64,000 bases of DNA, taken from NCBI GenBank assembly GCA_963674705.1, contig OY771506.1, positions 3,456,001 through 3,520,000 on the forward strand. The letters run 5' to 3'. The notes under the pieces were generated by a model. That model did not search any database. It had not been told where the DNA came from and worked only from the letters and a program-made list of their open reading frames with translations. This DNA is from Phycisphaeraceae bacterium. GTDB lineage: Bacteria > Planctomycetota > Phycisphaerae > Phycisphaerales > Phycisphaeraceae. Each line of letters starts with the position of its first letter. Positions within the stretch are counted from its first letter, which is position 1. Positions 36,080-46,115 of this stretch are shown here, piece by piece. The position numbers and the translations under genes were made by a program.

Positions 36080-38644
36080 ATGCAAGGGGGCAAGATCATG
36101 AAGAACGCTGCATGTTTCGCGATTGCTGTGTCTGTAGCTGTAGGTCTGAATACGTATCCGGGAGAAGCTCAAACAACGCTCAATGTCAATGCCGGCCAGA
36201 CGCTGACCGGAGCGGATTTGCTAGCGGGGGAATTTAACGGCCAAACCTTCACGCTCGGGTCCGACCTGACGATCGAGATCAATGATGAGGGTGAGTTGGA
36301 GTTAAAGATGGGCAGCCCGGACGTTTCGTTTGCTGGAACGACGGTCAACATCAATGATGGTGGATTATTCAGCCAAACTTTGTCGGTTGACTTTACCGAT
36401 GCGACGCTGAATATCCTTGAAGGTGGATATGCCTATATCCATAGCCTTGAAAACAATGTCGCTGTCAATGTGCAAGGCGGGTTACTCGTCTCACTTAGCG
36501 ATATCAATGGCGGTTCAACTGTCAGCATGTCTTCAGGCAGAATGAAGTTTTCCTCTTTGTCAGGTGATTCGACCGGCATGGTGAACATGACCGGGGGCAC
36601 ACTGTTGCGATGTTCGAGAGTACGTGACGGCGCATCGACGACAATCTCCGGAGGCTTGATTGCGGAGAACTTCACCGCCTCGACAGGCGGCCAGGTGATC
36701 TTTGTCGGTGATGAATTTCAGTTGAATGGTGTTGATGTGACGGACCTGGAAGCGGGTTTGCCAGAGAACGGTGTGTTTACAGGCACGCTGGCTGACGGCT
36801 CGGTTTTCATCTTCAACAAACAAGCGGGTGACGATGATTTATATGGTTCCGGGACGGCCATCACGGGGGATTCTGTCTACGTTATAAGTAACGACATCAG
36901 TGACAAGATCGAGGCGGGCACAGTTACACTTCAACAAACCGCGATTGCACCTGCCGACACGACACCGATGACAATCAGCACCGCTTCCGATTTACATGGC
37001 CTGCGCAGCGGACAGGACTTGATGCTTGTCAGTGGTGGTGCATTGGGCGAACATTTTGCAGTGGTCGGCGCGACGCTGAGTATCAGCGGGGGAACGATCG
37101 GCAATGACCTGCAAGTCGCGTACAGCGATGTCACTATTTCAGGCGGTCAGGTTGGCGACTCCAACAGCATGGTCGGCGACTTTTTTGCTGTGTATGACGG
37201 CAGCAATGTGACCATCAGTGGCGGACACTTCGGCGATCGGTTGCAGGCTTTTACTGGCAGCTCGATCGACATCTCGGGCGGTGGGTTTGATGACGGTTTA
37301 TGCACATGGTCGGGCAGTTCAGTTACGCTGCATGGCGATGATTTTCAGCTTAACGGCAGCTCCGTTTCGGATGTGGATGCGGGAGTTACAGCAAATGATT
37401 TGTTCACCGCCACCTTGTCAGACGGGACGGTGGTTATCCTCAGTGGTCGTGAGTATAGAACAACAATCTCCGATGGCGTGACATCGATATCGACAGTTGT
37501 TAATGCATATGATCCGATAGCAGCCGATACCACGACACTGTCCACCGGGTCGCTCGGCGGAATTGATACGACGCCACAGTATGTATCCAGCGGTGTCGGT
37601 CCAAGAGGGTTGAGGCCCGGTCAGACGTTGACGCTTAGTGGAACGGGGCAGCTTCAAGATCACTTCGGTCTTGTGAACGCTACGCTGAACATTGATGGCG
37701 GTACTGTCGGTGATTACATGCGCGTGGCTCACGGCGACATCCAGATGTCAGACGGCCTGGTTGATGGGCGTGTGTTTGTTTATGACGGGGGCACGTTCGC
37801 AATGACCGGCGGTGAGGTTGCACAACAAATCAACGCCAACTACGGCGGCCGGGTTGTGATTTCAGATGGGATCGTCGAAAAGGTTTATGCTTATGAAGGC
37901 GGTGATGTGCAGGTCAACGGCGGCTTGATTGAATACATCACGATTGATGAGGGCGGGTCGCTTGATATGGCTGGGGGCGAGACGACCTACGGTGTTGATG
38001 TAAACAGTGCAAACGCCTCATTCAGCGGGGGCACGATAGGATCCATATTGAGCGTCAGTGGCAGCATACAGTCGCCTGGCCACGCGGTTATTACGGGTGG
38101 AGAAGTTTCAACTGTAAGTAGCAACGGATACGCCAATGTGGAATTATCAGATGGTTTTGTTACGACGGTAGCGAAGGCATCGGGGGATTCCCAGATCGAT
38201 ATAACAGGCGGGCAGATAGCCAAGCTGAGAACGGAGAATGGTGGGACTATCAATCTTTATGATGCCCAGATACTGGGAGATGTCTCTGCTCAATTTGCGG
38301 GGGTCATTAATATCTGGGGTGGTGATATTGCCGGAGAGTTTCAGGTCAGAATGGGGGGAACTATTAATCTGTACGTTCAGCAATTGATGCTGGACGGTGA
38401 GTTGGTTGATCTGACACTCGATGAGCCGTACATCATTACCGAACGGGACAGCATCCTGCTGAACGCGATACTGTCGGACGGCTCGTTGCTTGATATCACG
38501 CTCAACGCCATGCCAATATCGGGTGAAGATTACTTCTTGCCGCAATCGACCCTCACGGTAACGCTGGTGCCGGAGCCGGCTTCGTTGGTGCTGCTTTCAA
38601 CGGGCATCGGGGTGTTGTGTTTGAAGCGGCGAAGTGTGTGTTGA
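36080..38644 (+). CDS. Large Gly-rich repetitive PEP-CTERM surface protein; start may be 36098
   Basis: Signal peptide; many V/I-x-I-S-G-G repeats; C-terminal VPEPASLVLLSTGIGVLCLKRR. Confidence 0.9.
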   Translation: MQGGKIMKNAACFAIAVSVAVGLNTYPGEAQTTLNVNAGQTLTGADLLAGEFNGQTFTLGSDLTIEINDEGELELKMGSPDVSFAGTTVNINDGGLFSQTLSVDFTDATLNILEGGYAYIHSLENNVAVNVQGGLLVSLSDINGGSTVSMSSGRMKFSSLSGDSTGMVNMTGGTLLRCSRVRDGASTTISGGLIAENFTASTGGQVIFVGDEFQLNGVDVTDLEAGLPENGVFTGTLADGSVFIFNKQAGDDDLYGSGTAITGDSVYVISNDISDKIEAGTVTLQQTAIAPADTTPMTISTASDLHGLRSGQDLMLVSGGALGEHFAVVGATLSISGGTIGNDLQVAYSDVTISGGQVGDSNSMVGDFFAVYDGSNVTISGGHFGDRLQAFTGSSIDISGGGFDDGLCTWSGSSVTLHGDDFQLNGSSVSDVDAGVTANDLFTATLSDGTVVILSGREYRTTISDGVTSISTVVNAYDPIAADTTTLSTGSLGGIDTTPQYVSSGVGPRGLRPGQTLTLSGTGQLQDHFGLVNATLNIDGGTVGDYMRVAHGDIQMSDGLVDGRVFVYDGGTFAMTGGEVAQQINANYGGRVVISDGIVEKVYAYEGGDVQVNGGLIEYITIDEGGSLDMAGGETTYGVDVNSANASFSGGTIGSILSVSGSIQSPGHAVITGGEVSTVSSNGYANVELSDGFVTTVAKASGDSQIDITGGQIAKLRTENGGTINLYDAQILGDVSAQFAGVINIWGGDIAGEFQVRMGGTINLYVQQLMLDGELVDLTLDEPYIITERDSILLNAILSDGSLLDITLNAMPISGEDYFLPQSTLTVTLVPEPASLVLLSTGIGVLCLKRRSVC

Positions 38645-38710
38645 GCCGTGTGATGTCGTGAAATAAGAGGATTTGAGCGCTTCAGGGGGCGTTTGGCGTA
38701 CAATAGGGGG

Positions 38711-39571
38711 ATGACGTTATCTGATGGGATGAAAACCGAGGCTTCGGCACTGCTTGCGCGGCTGGAAGCTGTCGTGCGCAAGCGGGGGCGGATGATTACG
38801 GCGTATTCCGGCGGGGTGGATTCGACGCTCGTGGCGGCGGTTGCGCGGCGGGTGTTGGGTAAGGAAAATGCGCCGGCGGTGATCGGGGATTCACCTTCGC
38901 TGCCTCGTTTTGAGCTGGAACAGGCGCGGAAGATCGCCAAGGACCTGGACCTTGAACTGATCGAGGTTCGGCCCGGCGAGCAGGATGATGAAGGATACAA
39001 AGCCAACGCGGGGAATCGCTGCTACTATTGCAAGACACATCTCTACGATGCTCTGAAACACTTGTCGAGTGAGTTACAGATCAAGTACATCGCCAACGGG
39101 ACGAATAAGGACGACCTGGGCGACCATCGGCCGGGACTGACGGCGGCTGAGGAAGCGCAAGTGATTTCGCCTTTGATCGATGCCGGATTCGGCAAGGAAG
39201 AAGTGCGTATCGTCGCGCAGGAGCTTGGGCTCGAGAACTGGGACAAGCCTGCAGCGGCGTGCCTGGCGAGCCGGGTGCCCTATGGCAGCGAGGTGACGCC
39301 GGAGTTGCTTAAGCAGATCGAGCGAGCAGAGGATGTGCTGCGTGCGATGGGGTTTGTCGGATTTCGCGTCAGGCATCACGACCAGGTCGCGCGGATCGAG
39401 CTGCCATTGGATCAGATTGATCGGTTGATGGATGACGAGGTAAGGCAGGCTGTCGCCGAAGGGATACGCGGCGCGGGGTATCTGTATGTTGCGCTCGACC
39501 TGGAAGGTTTTAGAAGCGGCAGCGGTAACCTGGCGCTGACGATCAGCGCCAATAATCGACGGGGTAAATAA
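38711..39571 (+). CDS. larE: ATP-dependent sacrificial sulfur transferase LarE
   Basis: AYSGGVDST PP-loop, NRCYYCK, DHRPG, WDKPAAACLASRVPYG, GFRSGSGN. Confidence 0.93.
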   Translation: MTLSDGMKTEASALLARLEAVVRKRGRMITAYSGGVDSTLVAAVARRVLGKENAPAVIGDSPSLPRFELEQARKIAKDLDLELIEVRPGEQDDEGYKANAGNRCYYCKTHLYDALKHLSSELQIKYIANGTNKDDLGDHRPGLTAAEEAQVISPLIDAGFGKEEVRIVAQELGLENWDKPAAACLASRVPYGSEVTPELLKQIERAEDVLRAMGFVGFRVRHHDQVARIELPLDQIDRLMDDEVRQAVAEGIRGAGYLYVALDLEGFRSGSGNLALTISANNRRGK

Positions 39572-39592
39572 GAACAACAAGCATCATGGAGG

Positions 39593-40549
39593 ATGATGAT
39601 GCGATACGTGCTAAGTTCGTTGATCTGCTGTGTTGTGTTGTTGAGTGGTGCAACGGTTTCGTTTGCTGACATGCATGGTCTTGATGCGAGGGACTATCAG
39701 CTTTGGGAACGGCACTGGCGTTTCTTTGCTCAGCGTTGCGCCAAGTTTGAGGATGAGTTCATCTGCTGCCCGTCATATCAGCAGCGTTATCCGAGTTCGG
39801 CGGGGATCACGCTTCGCGAAGCGCAGGCGAAGCTGACCGAGAAGGTGGATGTCGGCGGTCCTGGGGTGGTGATCACGAAGACGATCAATATGCCAAAGGC
39901 TGAGGCGCAGGCGATGGCGCTACCGCTGCCGCGGATGGCGGTGGGGGAGTACGGCTACCTGGAGTCGGTCGAGGTGGAGGAGGTACTTGGCACGACGTCG
40001 ATGTTCGTGACTGAGCCGACGCTGATCGATACGAGCACGGTGGGCAAGGAATACAAGGCGGACCGCGCCAAGGCCAGGCAGGCGGATGACCCGGACGCGG
40101 CCGAAGCGCTTCTTGAATACATGTACAGCCAGCGTGAAGCACTGGCGGAGCGGCAGAAACACAGTTCATTTAAGAAGGGTGAGATTCGGCTTGAAGGTTT
40201 TTCGACCAAGGGGCTGAGCGAGGGGGTTCGTTGGGATGGGCCGCGCGGCGGGGGATTGCAGGTGCTGATGGTTCGGCAGGAGGTGTACGGCCCGGAGCGA
40301 AGGCCGAAGCTGCGGTTTGTCGCGGTTGCGCTGGACAAGGTTGAATGGGGATTGGATGAACAGCAGTTCGTAGCGTTACTCAAAGAACGGGGGATGAACC
40401 CGAAGGGGTTTGTTGACCTGGTGATGGCGGAGATGGCCAAGGCGGACCCGGAGCCGGCACAGTTGGAGGTGTTCCAGCATCTACTGCCGCCGGTGCCCGA
40501 TCCATCGGAAGAAAAAGACTCGAAGGATTCAGCCAAAGATGAAACCTGA
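39593..40549 (+). CDS. Hypothetical exported protein
   Basis: Long ORF with signal peptide (..VSFA) and GGAGG upstream; no recognised domain. Confidence 0.7.
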   Translation: MMMRYVLSSLICCVVLLSGATVSFADMHGLDARDYQLWERHWRFFAQRCAKFEDEFICCPSYQQRYPSSAGITLREAQAKLTEKVDVGGPGVVITKTINMPKAEAQAMALPLPRMAVGEYGYLESVEVEEVLGTTSMFVTEPTLIDTSTVGKEYKADRAKARQADDPDAAEALLEYMYSQREALAERQKHSSFKKGEIRLEGFSTKGLSEGVRWDGPRGGGLQVLMVRQEVYGPERRPKLRFVAVALDKVEWGLDEQQFVALLKERGMNPKGFVDLVMAEMAKADPEPAQLEVFQHLLPPVPDPSEEKDSKDSAKDET

Positions 40550-40668
40550 TTTTCGCGTCCTGAGGGCGGTTTCGCCGGTGGGGTATTTACCCGGTTAAAC
40601 AACCCTATTGAAGTGAGAGGCGTGCGGCCCTAGAATCGAGCGCGTTCGCGAAGCGAAAGGGTTTTAGT

Positions 40669-41184
40669 TTGAAACGTAAGTGCGACAAATGCTCACGTCC
40701 TGCCACCCACCACTCGGTGGAGATCATCCAGGGGCAGAAGATCGTGAAGCATCTGTGCGAACAGCACGCGGCCGAGGAAGGGTTGGCGATCAAGTCGATC
40801 CACACGCCGATCAATGAACTACTGACGAATTTTGTGAAGGTCCACAGTGCCGCGCCTCCGACGGCCGCGGATATGCCGCTTCAGGGCCAGGTCTGCCAGG
40901 AATGCGGGTTGACGTTCAGCCAGTTCCGCAAAGATTCGCTGTTGGGCTGCCCGGATTGCTACAAGGCATTTGAAGATGCGCTATCGACGATCATCGAGCG
41001 TGCTCATGAAGGCGGGACGCACCATATCGGCAAGGTGCCGCGTCGTGCGGGGGCCGGCGAGCAACGCCAGGCGCTACTGATGCGGATGCGCAAGCAGCTT
41101 GATGATGCGGTGCTGGGCGAGGACTACGAACGAGCGGCACAACTGCGTGACGATATCCGTAAGTTCGAGGGGGAACTGACTTGA
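40669..41184 (+). CDS. mcsA: McsA protein arginine kinase activator (CxxC + UVR domain)
   Basis: CDKC, LCEQHA, CQECG, LGCPDCY, HIGKVP, EDYERAAQLRD. Confidence 0.92.
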   Translation: MKRKCDKCSRPATHHSVEIIQGQKIVKHLCEQHAAEEGLAIKSIHTPINELLTNFVKVHSAAPPTAADMPLQGQVCQECGLTFSQFRKDSLLGCPDCYKAFEDALSTIIERAHEGGTHHIGKVPRRAGAGEQRQALLMRMRKQLDDAVLGEDYERAAQLRDDIRKFEGELT

Positions 41185-42254
41185 ACCTGAACAGCTACAC
41201 CGACCACGCCGGTGAATGGCTGCGCGGGACCGGGCCCCACAGCGACATCGTGATTTCAAGCCGGGTGAGGTTGGCACGCAACCTCGCGGGCTTTCCTTTC
41301 GTGAATCGTGCTACGACCCGACAGCGGTACGAGATGCTGGCTATCTGCAAGGAGCGGATCGTCAGCGATCGACTGGCGCCGAATATCCTGTGGGTCGAGT
41401 TAAGCGACAGCCCGAAGATCGATCGGCAGTTGCTGGTTGAACGACACCTGATCAGCAGGCAGCACGCCAACGCGCCGGACGATCAGCCCCGGGCCGTGGC
41501 GGTGGGCGCGGACGAGACGTTTGCGATCATGGTCAACGAAGAGGACCACCTGCGGATGCAAGTGCTCCGCAGCGGGATGCAACTGAGCGAAGCGTTCGAC
41601 CAGATCAATCGGATCGACGACATCCTCGAAGACCGCATCGACTATGCCTACGGCAAGCGCTACGGCTACCTGACCGCGTGCCCGACGAATATCGGCACGG
41701 GCCTGCGCGTCAGCGTGATGCTGCACCTGCCTGCGCTCAAGATGACGGGTGAGATCGACAAGGTCCGCCGGGCTGCACGGGATATGCATTTAGCGGTGCG
41801 CGGGCTTTTTGGCGAAGGCTCCGAAGCTTTGGGCGATCTCTACCAGGTGTCCAACCAGACGACGCTGGGGCGCAGCGAGGAAGAAATACTGGCGGACTTC
41901 CAGAACACGATCGTGCCGCAGATCATCGCGTATGAGCATCAGGCGCGGCAGGCGCTGATGAAGCACCGCGAAGCCCAGTTCGATGACAAGCTGTGGCGGG
42001 CGTGGGCGATCCTGACGCATGCCCGGGTGATGGGCGGCGAAGAGGTGTTGTCGCTGCTGTCGCAGCTTCGGCTGGCGGTGAACCTTGGCCGCATTAACCG
42101 CACGGACATCCGGACGATCAACGAGCTGTTCCTGCTGACGCAGGCGGCGCATTTGCAGAAGATTTCCGGCACGGAGATGGATGCCCCGACACGCCGGGCC
42201 GCCCGGGCGCGGCTGCTGCGGCAGCGGCTCGGTGGAGATGCGGAGCATTCCTGA
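41181..42254 (+). CDS. mcsB: Protein arginine kinase McsB
   Basis: SSRVRLARNL, NEEDHLR, YLTACPTNIGTGLR, YQVSNQTTLG. Confidence 0.95.
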   Translation: MNLNSYTDHAGEWLRGTGPHSDIVISSRVRLARNLAGFPFVNRATTRQRYEMLAICKERIVSDRLAPNILWVELSDSPKIDRQLLVERHLISRQHANAPDDQPRAVAVGADETFAIMVNEEDHLRMQVLRSGMQLSEAFDQINRIDDILEDRIDYAYGKRYGYLTACPTNIGTGLRVSVMLHLPALKMTGEIDKVRRAARDMHLAVRGLFGEGSEALGDLYQVSNQTTLGRSEEEILADFQNTIVPQIIAYEHQARQALMKHREAQFDDKLWRAWAILTHARVMGGEEVLSLLSQLRLAVNLGRINRTDIRTINELFLLTQAAHLQKISGTEMDAPTRRAARARLLRQRLGGDAEHS

Positions 42255-42449
42255 GTCCTGCGGCCGTGTTTTTTCGTGTTGATTTACCGTAAAAACAGCA
42301 GGGGAAAGCTTTTCCACAATACGCCGGTCTCCTTTTTCCCTTGCTAACATGCTTAAAGTCCCTAGACTGTTTTGCGATGGTACCTCTTGTCGGGGTCATT
42401 CAGGGTAAGGGGATGCTGGAGGTCCCCGGGGCGGAAAAGGAACTTGCCT

Positions 42450-42923
42450 ATGGGTCTGCGCGAATTCATCAGCTATGAAACTGTTGCCGATCTTCACCTG
42501 AGGCCGGCGTTGACCGCTGTGCCGGAGGTGAGCCTGCGTCAGGCGATCGAGTTGATGCGGGATAATAAGCTGGGCTGCATCTTCGTCGTCGACAGAGACG
42601 GAAAACCACTGGGTAAATTCAATGAACGGCAGGTGCTTCGTGTGACGCGCGACAAGGTCTCGCTTGATGAACCGGTGGGCAATCACACCGTGCCGCTGCC
42701 TAAAAGCGGCATCGTGCGGTTGGACACGCCCGTTGAAGAGGCACTGTTTGGCATGCGTGAAAACCGTATGCGGTTCATGTGCGTCGTCGATCACGATGGC
42801 AAGGTCATCGCTTTGACCGGCCAACGCGGATTGATGGAGTACGTCGTCGATCACTTCCCCAGACAGATCAAGGTCCAGATGATGAGTACGAAACTGCACC
42901 TGAATTCACGAGAGGGGGCATAA
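42450..42923 (+). CDS. CBS domain-containing protein
   Basis: AIELMRDNKLGCIFVVD..PLG and MRFMCVVD..VI CBS pair. Confidence 0.85.
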   Translation: MGLREFISYETVADLHLRPALTAVPEVSLRQAIELMRDNKLGCIFVVDRDGKPLGKFNERQVLRVTRDKVSLDEPVGNHTVPLPKSGIVRLDTPVEEALFGMRENRMRFMCVVDHDGKVIALTGQRGLMEYVVDHFPRQIKVQMMSTKLHLNSREGA

Positions 42924-42925
42924 GC

Positions 42926-43414
42926 ATGGCACGTAAGCGAAACCCTGTTACTCCCGGTGAATTTGAAGACCCGCTGAACAACTACGACCCGCCGATGTAC
43001 CAGGACGAGTTGGAACGGCTTTTGTGCGAGACGGAAGTCAAGTCGATGCGCATCACGCCGGTGCATTGCGTCAGCAAAGAAATGACGGTCAGCGCTGTGC
43101 TGGACCTGATGTGGGCGAAAGAGACATCGTGCGTCGTCGTGACCGACGAAGCGAACAAGCCGTTGGGCGTGTTCTCGTCGAAGGATGTGCTGTACAAGAT
43201 CGCGGGCAACGATGCGTTGTATAGCCAGCCGATCGAGGCGGTGATGTCGCCGAACCCGCGGACGGTGTACGCGACGGATTGCCCGGCCAAAGCCTTGAAC
43301 CTGATGGCGATCGGCGGCTTCCGACATATCCCCGTCGTAGATGTCGACGGCAAAGTCGTCGGCATGCTCGCGCCACGACGGACGACGGAGTTCCTCGAAG
43401 CGCATATGCATTAG
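42926..43414 (+). CDS. CBS domain-containing protein
   Basis: SCVVVTD..PLGVFSSKD, VMSPNP, GGFRHIPVVD. Confidence 0.9.
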   Translation: MARKRNPVTPGEFEDPLNNYDPPMYQDELERLLCETEVKSMRITPVHCVSKEMTVSAVLDLMWAKETSCVVVTDEANKPLGVFSSKDVLYKIAGNDALYSQPIEAVMSPNPRTVYATDCPAKALNLMAIGGFRHIPVVDVDGKVVGMLAPRRTTEFLEAHMH

Positions 43415-43484
43415 ATTGAGGATTGTTTTAATTGAGTGATTAATAAACAGCCCCATGCAGAAGCGTGGGGTTTTTATGTTTAAT

Positions 43485-43560
43485 GTATAGCCGCGACCAT
43501 TGGTCGCGCTCTTTGAATAACGCAAAACATGAAGAGCGCGACCACTGGTCGCGGCTATAC
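43485..43560. repeat. REPIN-like doublet, family A copy 2
   Basis: GTATAGCCGCGACCATTGGTCGCGCT ... AGCGCGACCACTGGTCGCGGCTATAC. Confidence 0.9.
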
Positions 43561-43608
43561 CGTTGGTCGTTCAGCAGTTCGACGGTTTTGTATTGGGGGT
43601 TGGGTAAG
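43558..43608 (-). pseudogene. Degenerate duplicate of the mutY 3' end
   Basis: 43 of 51 nt identical to 46690-46740 (manual count); LPNPQYKTVELLNDQR vs LPNPQRKAVELLNDER. Confidence 0.85.
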
Positions 43609-43687
43609 CAAGTAGCATGGGTTTCCATCTGACGTAGGGAGCGCTTCGCTTAACGCCACCCTGCCCGTCAATAATGTACTTATCCCG

Positions 43688-45171
43688 AACGCCACCAACT
43701 TAAGCGGCAAGTGATTCATCGTCAATGACTTCGGCGTGGTACTCACTGCGGGGTTTGGTCATCAGGCGATGGCGGTCTTTTCTTCGTTTAATCACGCGCG
43801 GCTGATCGCGGTCCGGCCTTCGGGGATTGATCAATAGCTTCGACAGCGGTGCCTGCGGCGCTCGGTAACGCAGCACGTCCAACGCATCGATAAAACTCAC
43901 ACGCTCCGGCTGCACGCCTTGACTGCGCGCCGCTTCGAGCATCAACAGCCTCACCAGGTTGTACACGATCATGTACGACCACAGCTCCTTGATCACGCCG
44001 TCACGGCTCCTGCAACGCAGCACATCCATCTTCATCGTCGTCTTCAGGTAACCCAGATTCGTCTCGATCTGCCAACGCGCTTGATAAAGATCGGCCAGTG
44101 CTTGCTTGCCATACTTCCGGGGGTCGGTCAACGTCGTCACGAGCGTGACCTGTTGCGTGCGATAACCTCTGCGCTTCACGGCGTAGCGCAACTCACGCAC
44201 GACCAGCGCCCCCGGAAGTTCGGCGTACTGTTCGGCGCTCATCCATGTCGGGCGCTTGTTGGGCTTGATATATTCGACGAGTTGATCGGACCTGCCGAAC
44301 CGTTTGAGGTAGCGCGACGCCGGCACACCCTTGCGTTGATCCTTGCGTTTCTGCTTTTTGTGTTTGCGTCTGGGTGTGAAGCTGACGATCGAACGCTGAT
44401 GCACGCGGAACAGGCCGTGCAATCGGGACTGATATAATAGCGCCAGGTGCGCGTACGAGCCGAACGCGCGGTCGCCGACCAGCACGTCGCCTTCTTGCAT
44501 CGATGGGTGAAGCCGGTGGGCGTCGGCCAGGTCGTAGCGGTTCCACTTCGCCTCGATGAAGTCAACGATCAGACCCGTCGCCGCGTCGAACACCCACAAC
44601 ACATGCATCACCGGGAAGCCGCAGCCGGCCTTGACATTGCCCGGCTGACCGAACGCGCGTTGCAACCCGGACGTATCCGGCATCGACACGCCCGTGCCGT
44701 CGATCAGCAACACACGATGCCCGTGCCACAGGCCGATTGCTTGCGTGTGTTCACGCGCGCGGTGGGTGAGCATCGCCGCGAGATAACCCAGCACATCCAC
44801 CGGCAGCCGCGCGCGGGCCTTGCAGTAAGCCGTGACGCTGAATCGCATCCCCGCCACCCGCGCCAGACACCGGCACGACACGTTGGCGAACAACACCTGC
44901 AGCAGCATCAGACGGACGGTGACGATCGGGTCCAGCAGCCGCCGACGCCAGACATGCCCCGCCGCCGCGCAGGCCTCGAGCACCAGCCGATGATCCAGAT
45001 GTTCTAAAGGATTATCCTTGAAACGCGCGACGGCCCATGCGATACTGGTCATCCGTGACCTCCTGTGATGTTGTTGTTAGAACACCACCATCATCGCAGG
45101 AGGTTCATTATTGCGCCAGTGCGGCGTAACGCGCGCTACAGAAATAACTTACGGCTTAAGTTTGTGGCGTT
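43688..45171 (-). mobile_element. IS4-family insertion sequence
   Basis: Terminal IRs AACGCCACCAACTTAAGC / GCTTAAGTTTGTGGCGTT (1 mismatch), extendable by CCCG/CGGG; exact ends uncertain. Confidence 0.88.
43700..45052 (-). CDS. IS4-family DDE transposase
   Basis: IDGT, GDRAF, LY..RWQIETNL..LK (YREK motif); stop codon lies in the IR. Confidence 0.95.
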   Translation of the reverse strand: MTSIAWAVARFKDNPLEHLDHRLVLEACAAAGHVWRRRLLDPIVTVRLMLLQVLFANVSCRCLARVAGMRFSVTAYCKARARLPVDVLGYLAAMLTHRAREHTQAIGLWHGHRVLLIDGTGVSMPDTSGLQRAFGQPGNVKAGCGFPVMHVLWVFDAATGLIVDFIEAKWNRYDLADAHRLHPSMQEGDVLVGDRAFGSYAHLALLYQSRLHGLFRVHQRSIVSFTPRRKHKKQKRKDQRKGVPASRYLKRFGRSDQLVEYIKPNKRPTWMSAEQYAELPGALVVRELRYAVKRRGYRTQQVTLVTTLTDPRKYGKQALADLYQARWQIETNLGYLKTTMKMDVLRCRSRDGVIKELWSYMIVYNLVRLLMLEAARSQGVQPERVSFIDALDVLRYRAPQAPLSKLLINPRRPDRDQPRVIKRRKDRHRLMTKPRSEYHAEVIDDESLAA

Positions 45172-45186
45172 CGGGTCTGACCCCGT

Positions 45187-45768
45187 TTATTCTCCGTTTC
45201 TTCCCAAATCAACTCGATTGAGTACACTCACAAGATAATCCCCTTCATTGGGTGTAAGACCACGGAATAACAAGTGCCTTTTAATACCGCCCGAAAACCG
45301 AATACAGTCTAATCTGCCGAGATATCTTGGGTAATATCTTGGTGTATATTCTATATTTTTGATAGTACTTCTCTCGAATCTATGCTTGAATATAACTTTT
45401 ATTTCGAGATACCGCTCATTTACCATGAATTCTGTTCTCGACCGGTAAATCCAAACGCCAACAACAAACAGTGGTATTATCGGGATGATTAATCCTAGAG
45501 TCGCCAACAGCCATTCCAAATTTAAGCGATGCAATTCTAGCCACTCGTATAAGTAATCCTGAATTATTTCAGATTTATTGAATGTCATCAGAAGCCATCC
45601 TAAAACAAATGCAATCAATACCATAATGGATATAACAAATATATATTCAAGGCAAAATGATGCACGTGATACTGTGATTTTCAAGTCATTTCCACTTCTA
45701 GTGATAACAATGCAAGAAGGTGGGTGCAGGTCATCGCTTTGGATCGAATCATACATACTGGTTTCCAA
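45187..45768 (-). CDS. AT-rich hypothetical membrane protein (2 TM)
   Basis: 193 aa ORF, two hydrophobic segments, much lower GC than host genes. Confidence 0.65.
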   Translation of the reverse strand: METSMYDSIQSDDLHPPSCIVITRSGNDLKITVSRASFCLEYIFVISIMVLIAFVLGWLLMTFNKSEIIQDYLYEWLELHRLNLEWLLATLGLIIPIIPLFVVGVWIYRSRTEFMVNERYLEIKVIFKHRFERSTIKNIEYTPRYYPRYLGRLDCIRFSGGIKRHLLFRGLTPNEGDYLVSVLNRVDLGRNGE

Positions 45769-45823
45769 TATCAGAATGTGATCTGTGGGTTATATTCTTT
45801 TTTGCCCCCACATTGGTAACTGA

Positions 45824-46097
45824 TTAGTCCCTCGTATCTATGTATGTTATGTTATCTTCAAATGGATTCACAGCTAGGGCTGTAGTTTCGTATGTAATTT
45901 TCTCATCAATTATAGTATCCCATCCATTATTATTATTTCTAACTAATTTTTGCACACGCAGTTCATATCTACCTTCAATATCTGATTGTTTGACAACGTC
46001 ATACCGTACAAGTACATTTCCGGGTTTCGGATTTAACGATGGCATATTACTATTATATGGCACTGTGATGGCGTTCTTAACATTATCATCAGGGCAG
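45824..46097 (-). pseudogene. AT-rich C-terminal gene fragment starting at a repeat motif
   Basis: Open frame from the 46098-46120 motif to the stop at 45824; composition switches at the motif; no convincing own start. Confidence 0.45.
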
Positions 46098-46115
46098 AAA
46101 AGGGGATAAGTACAT

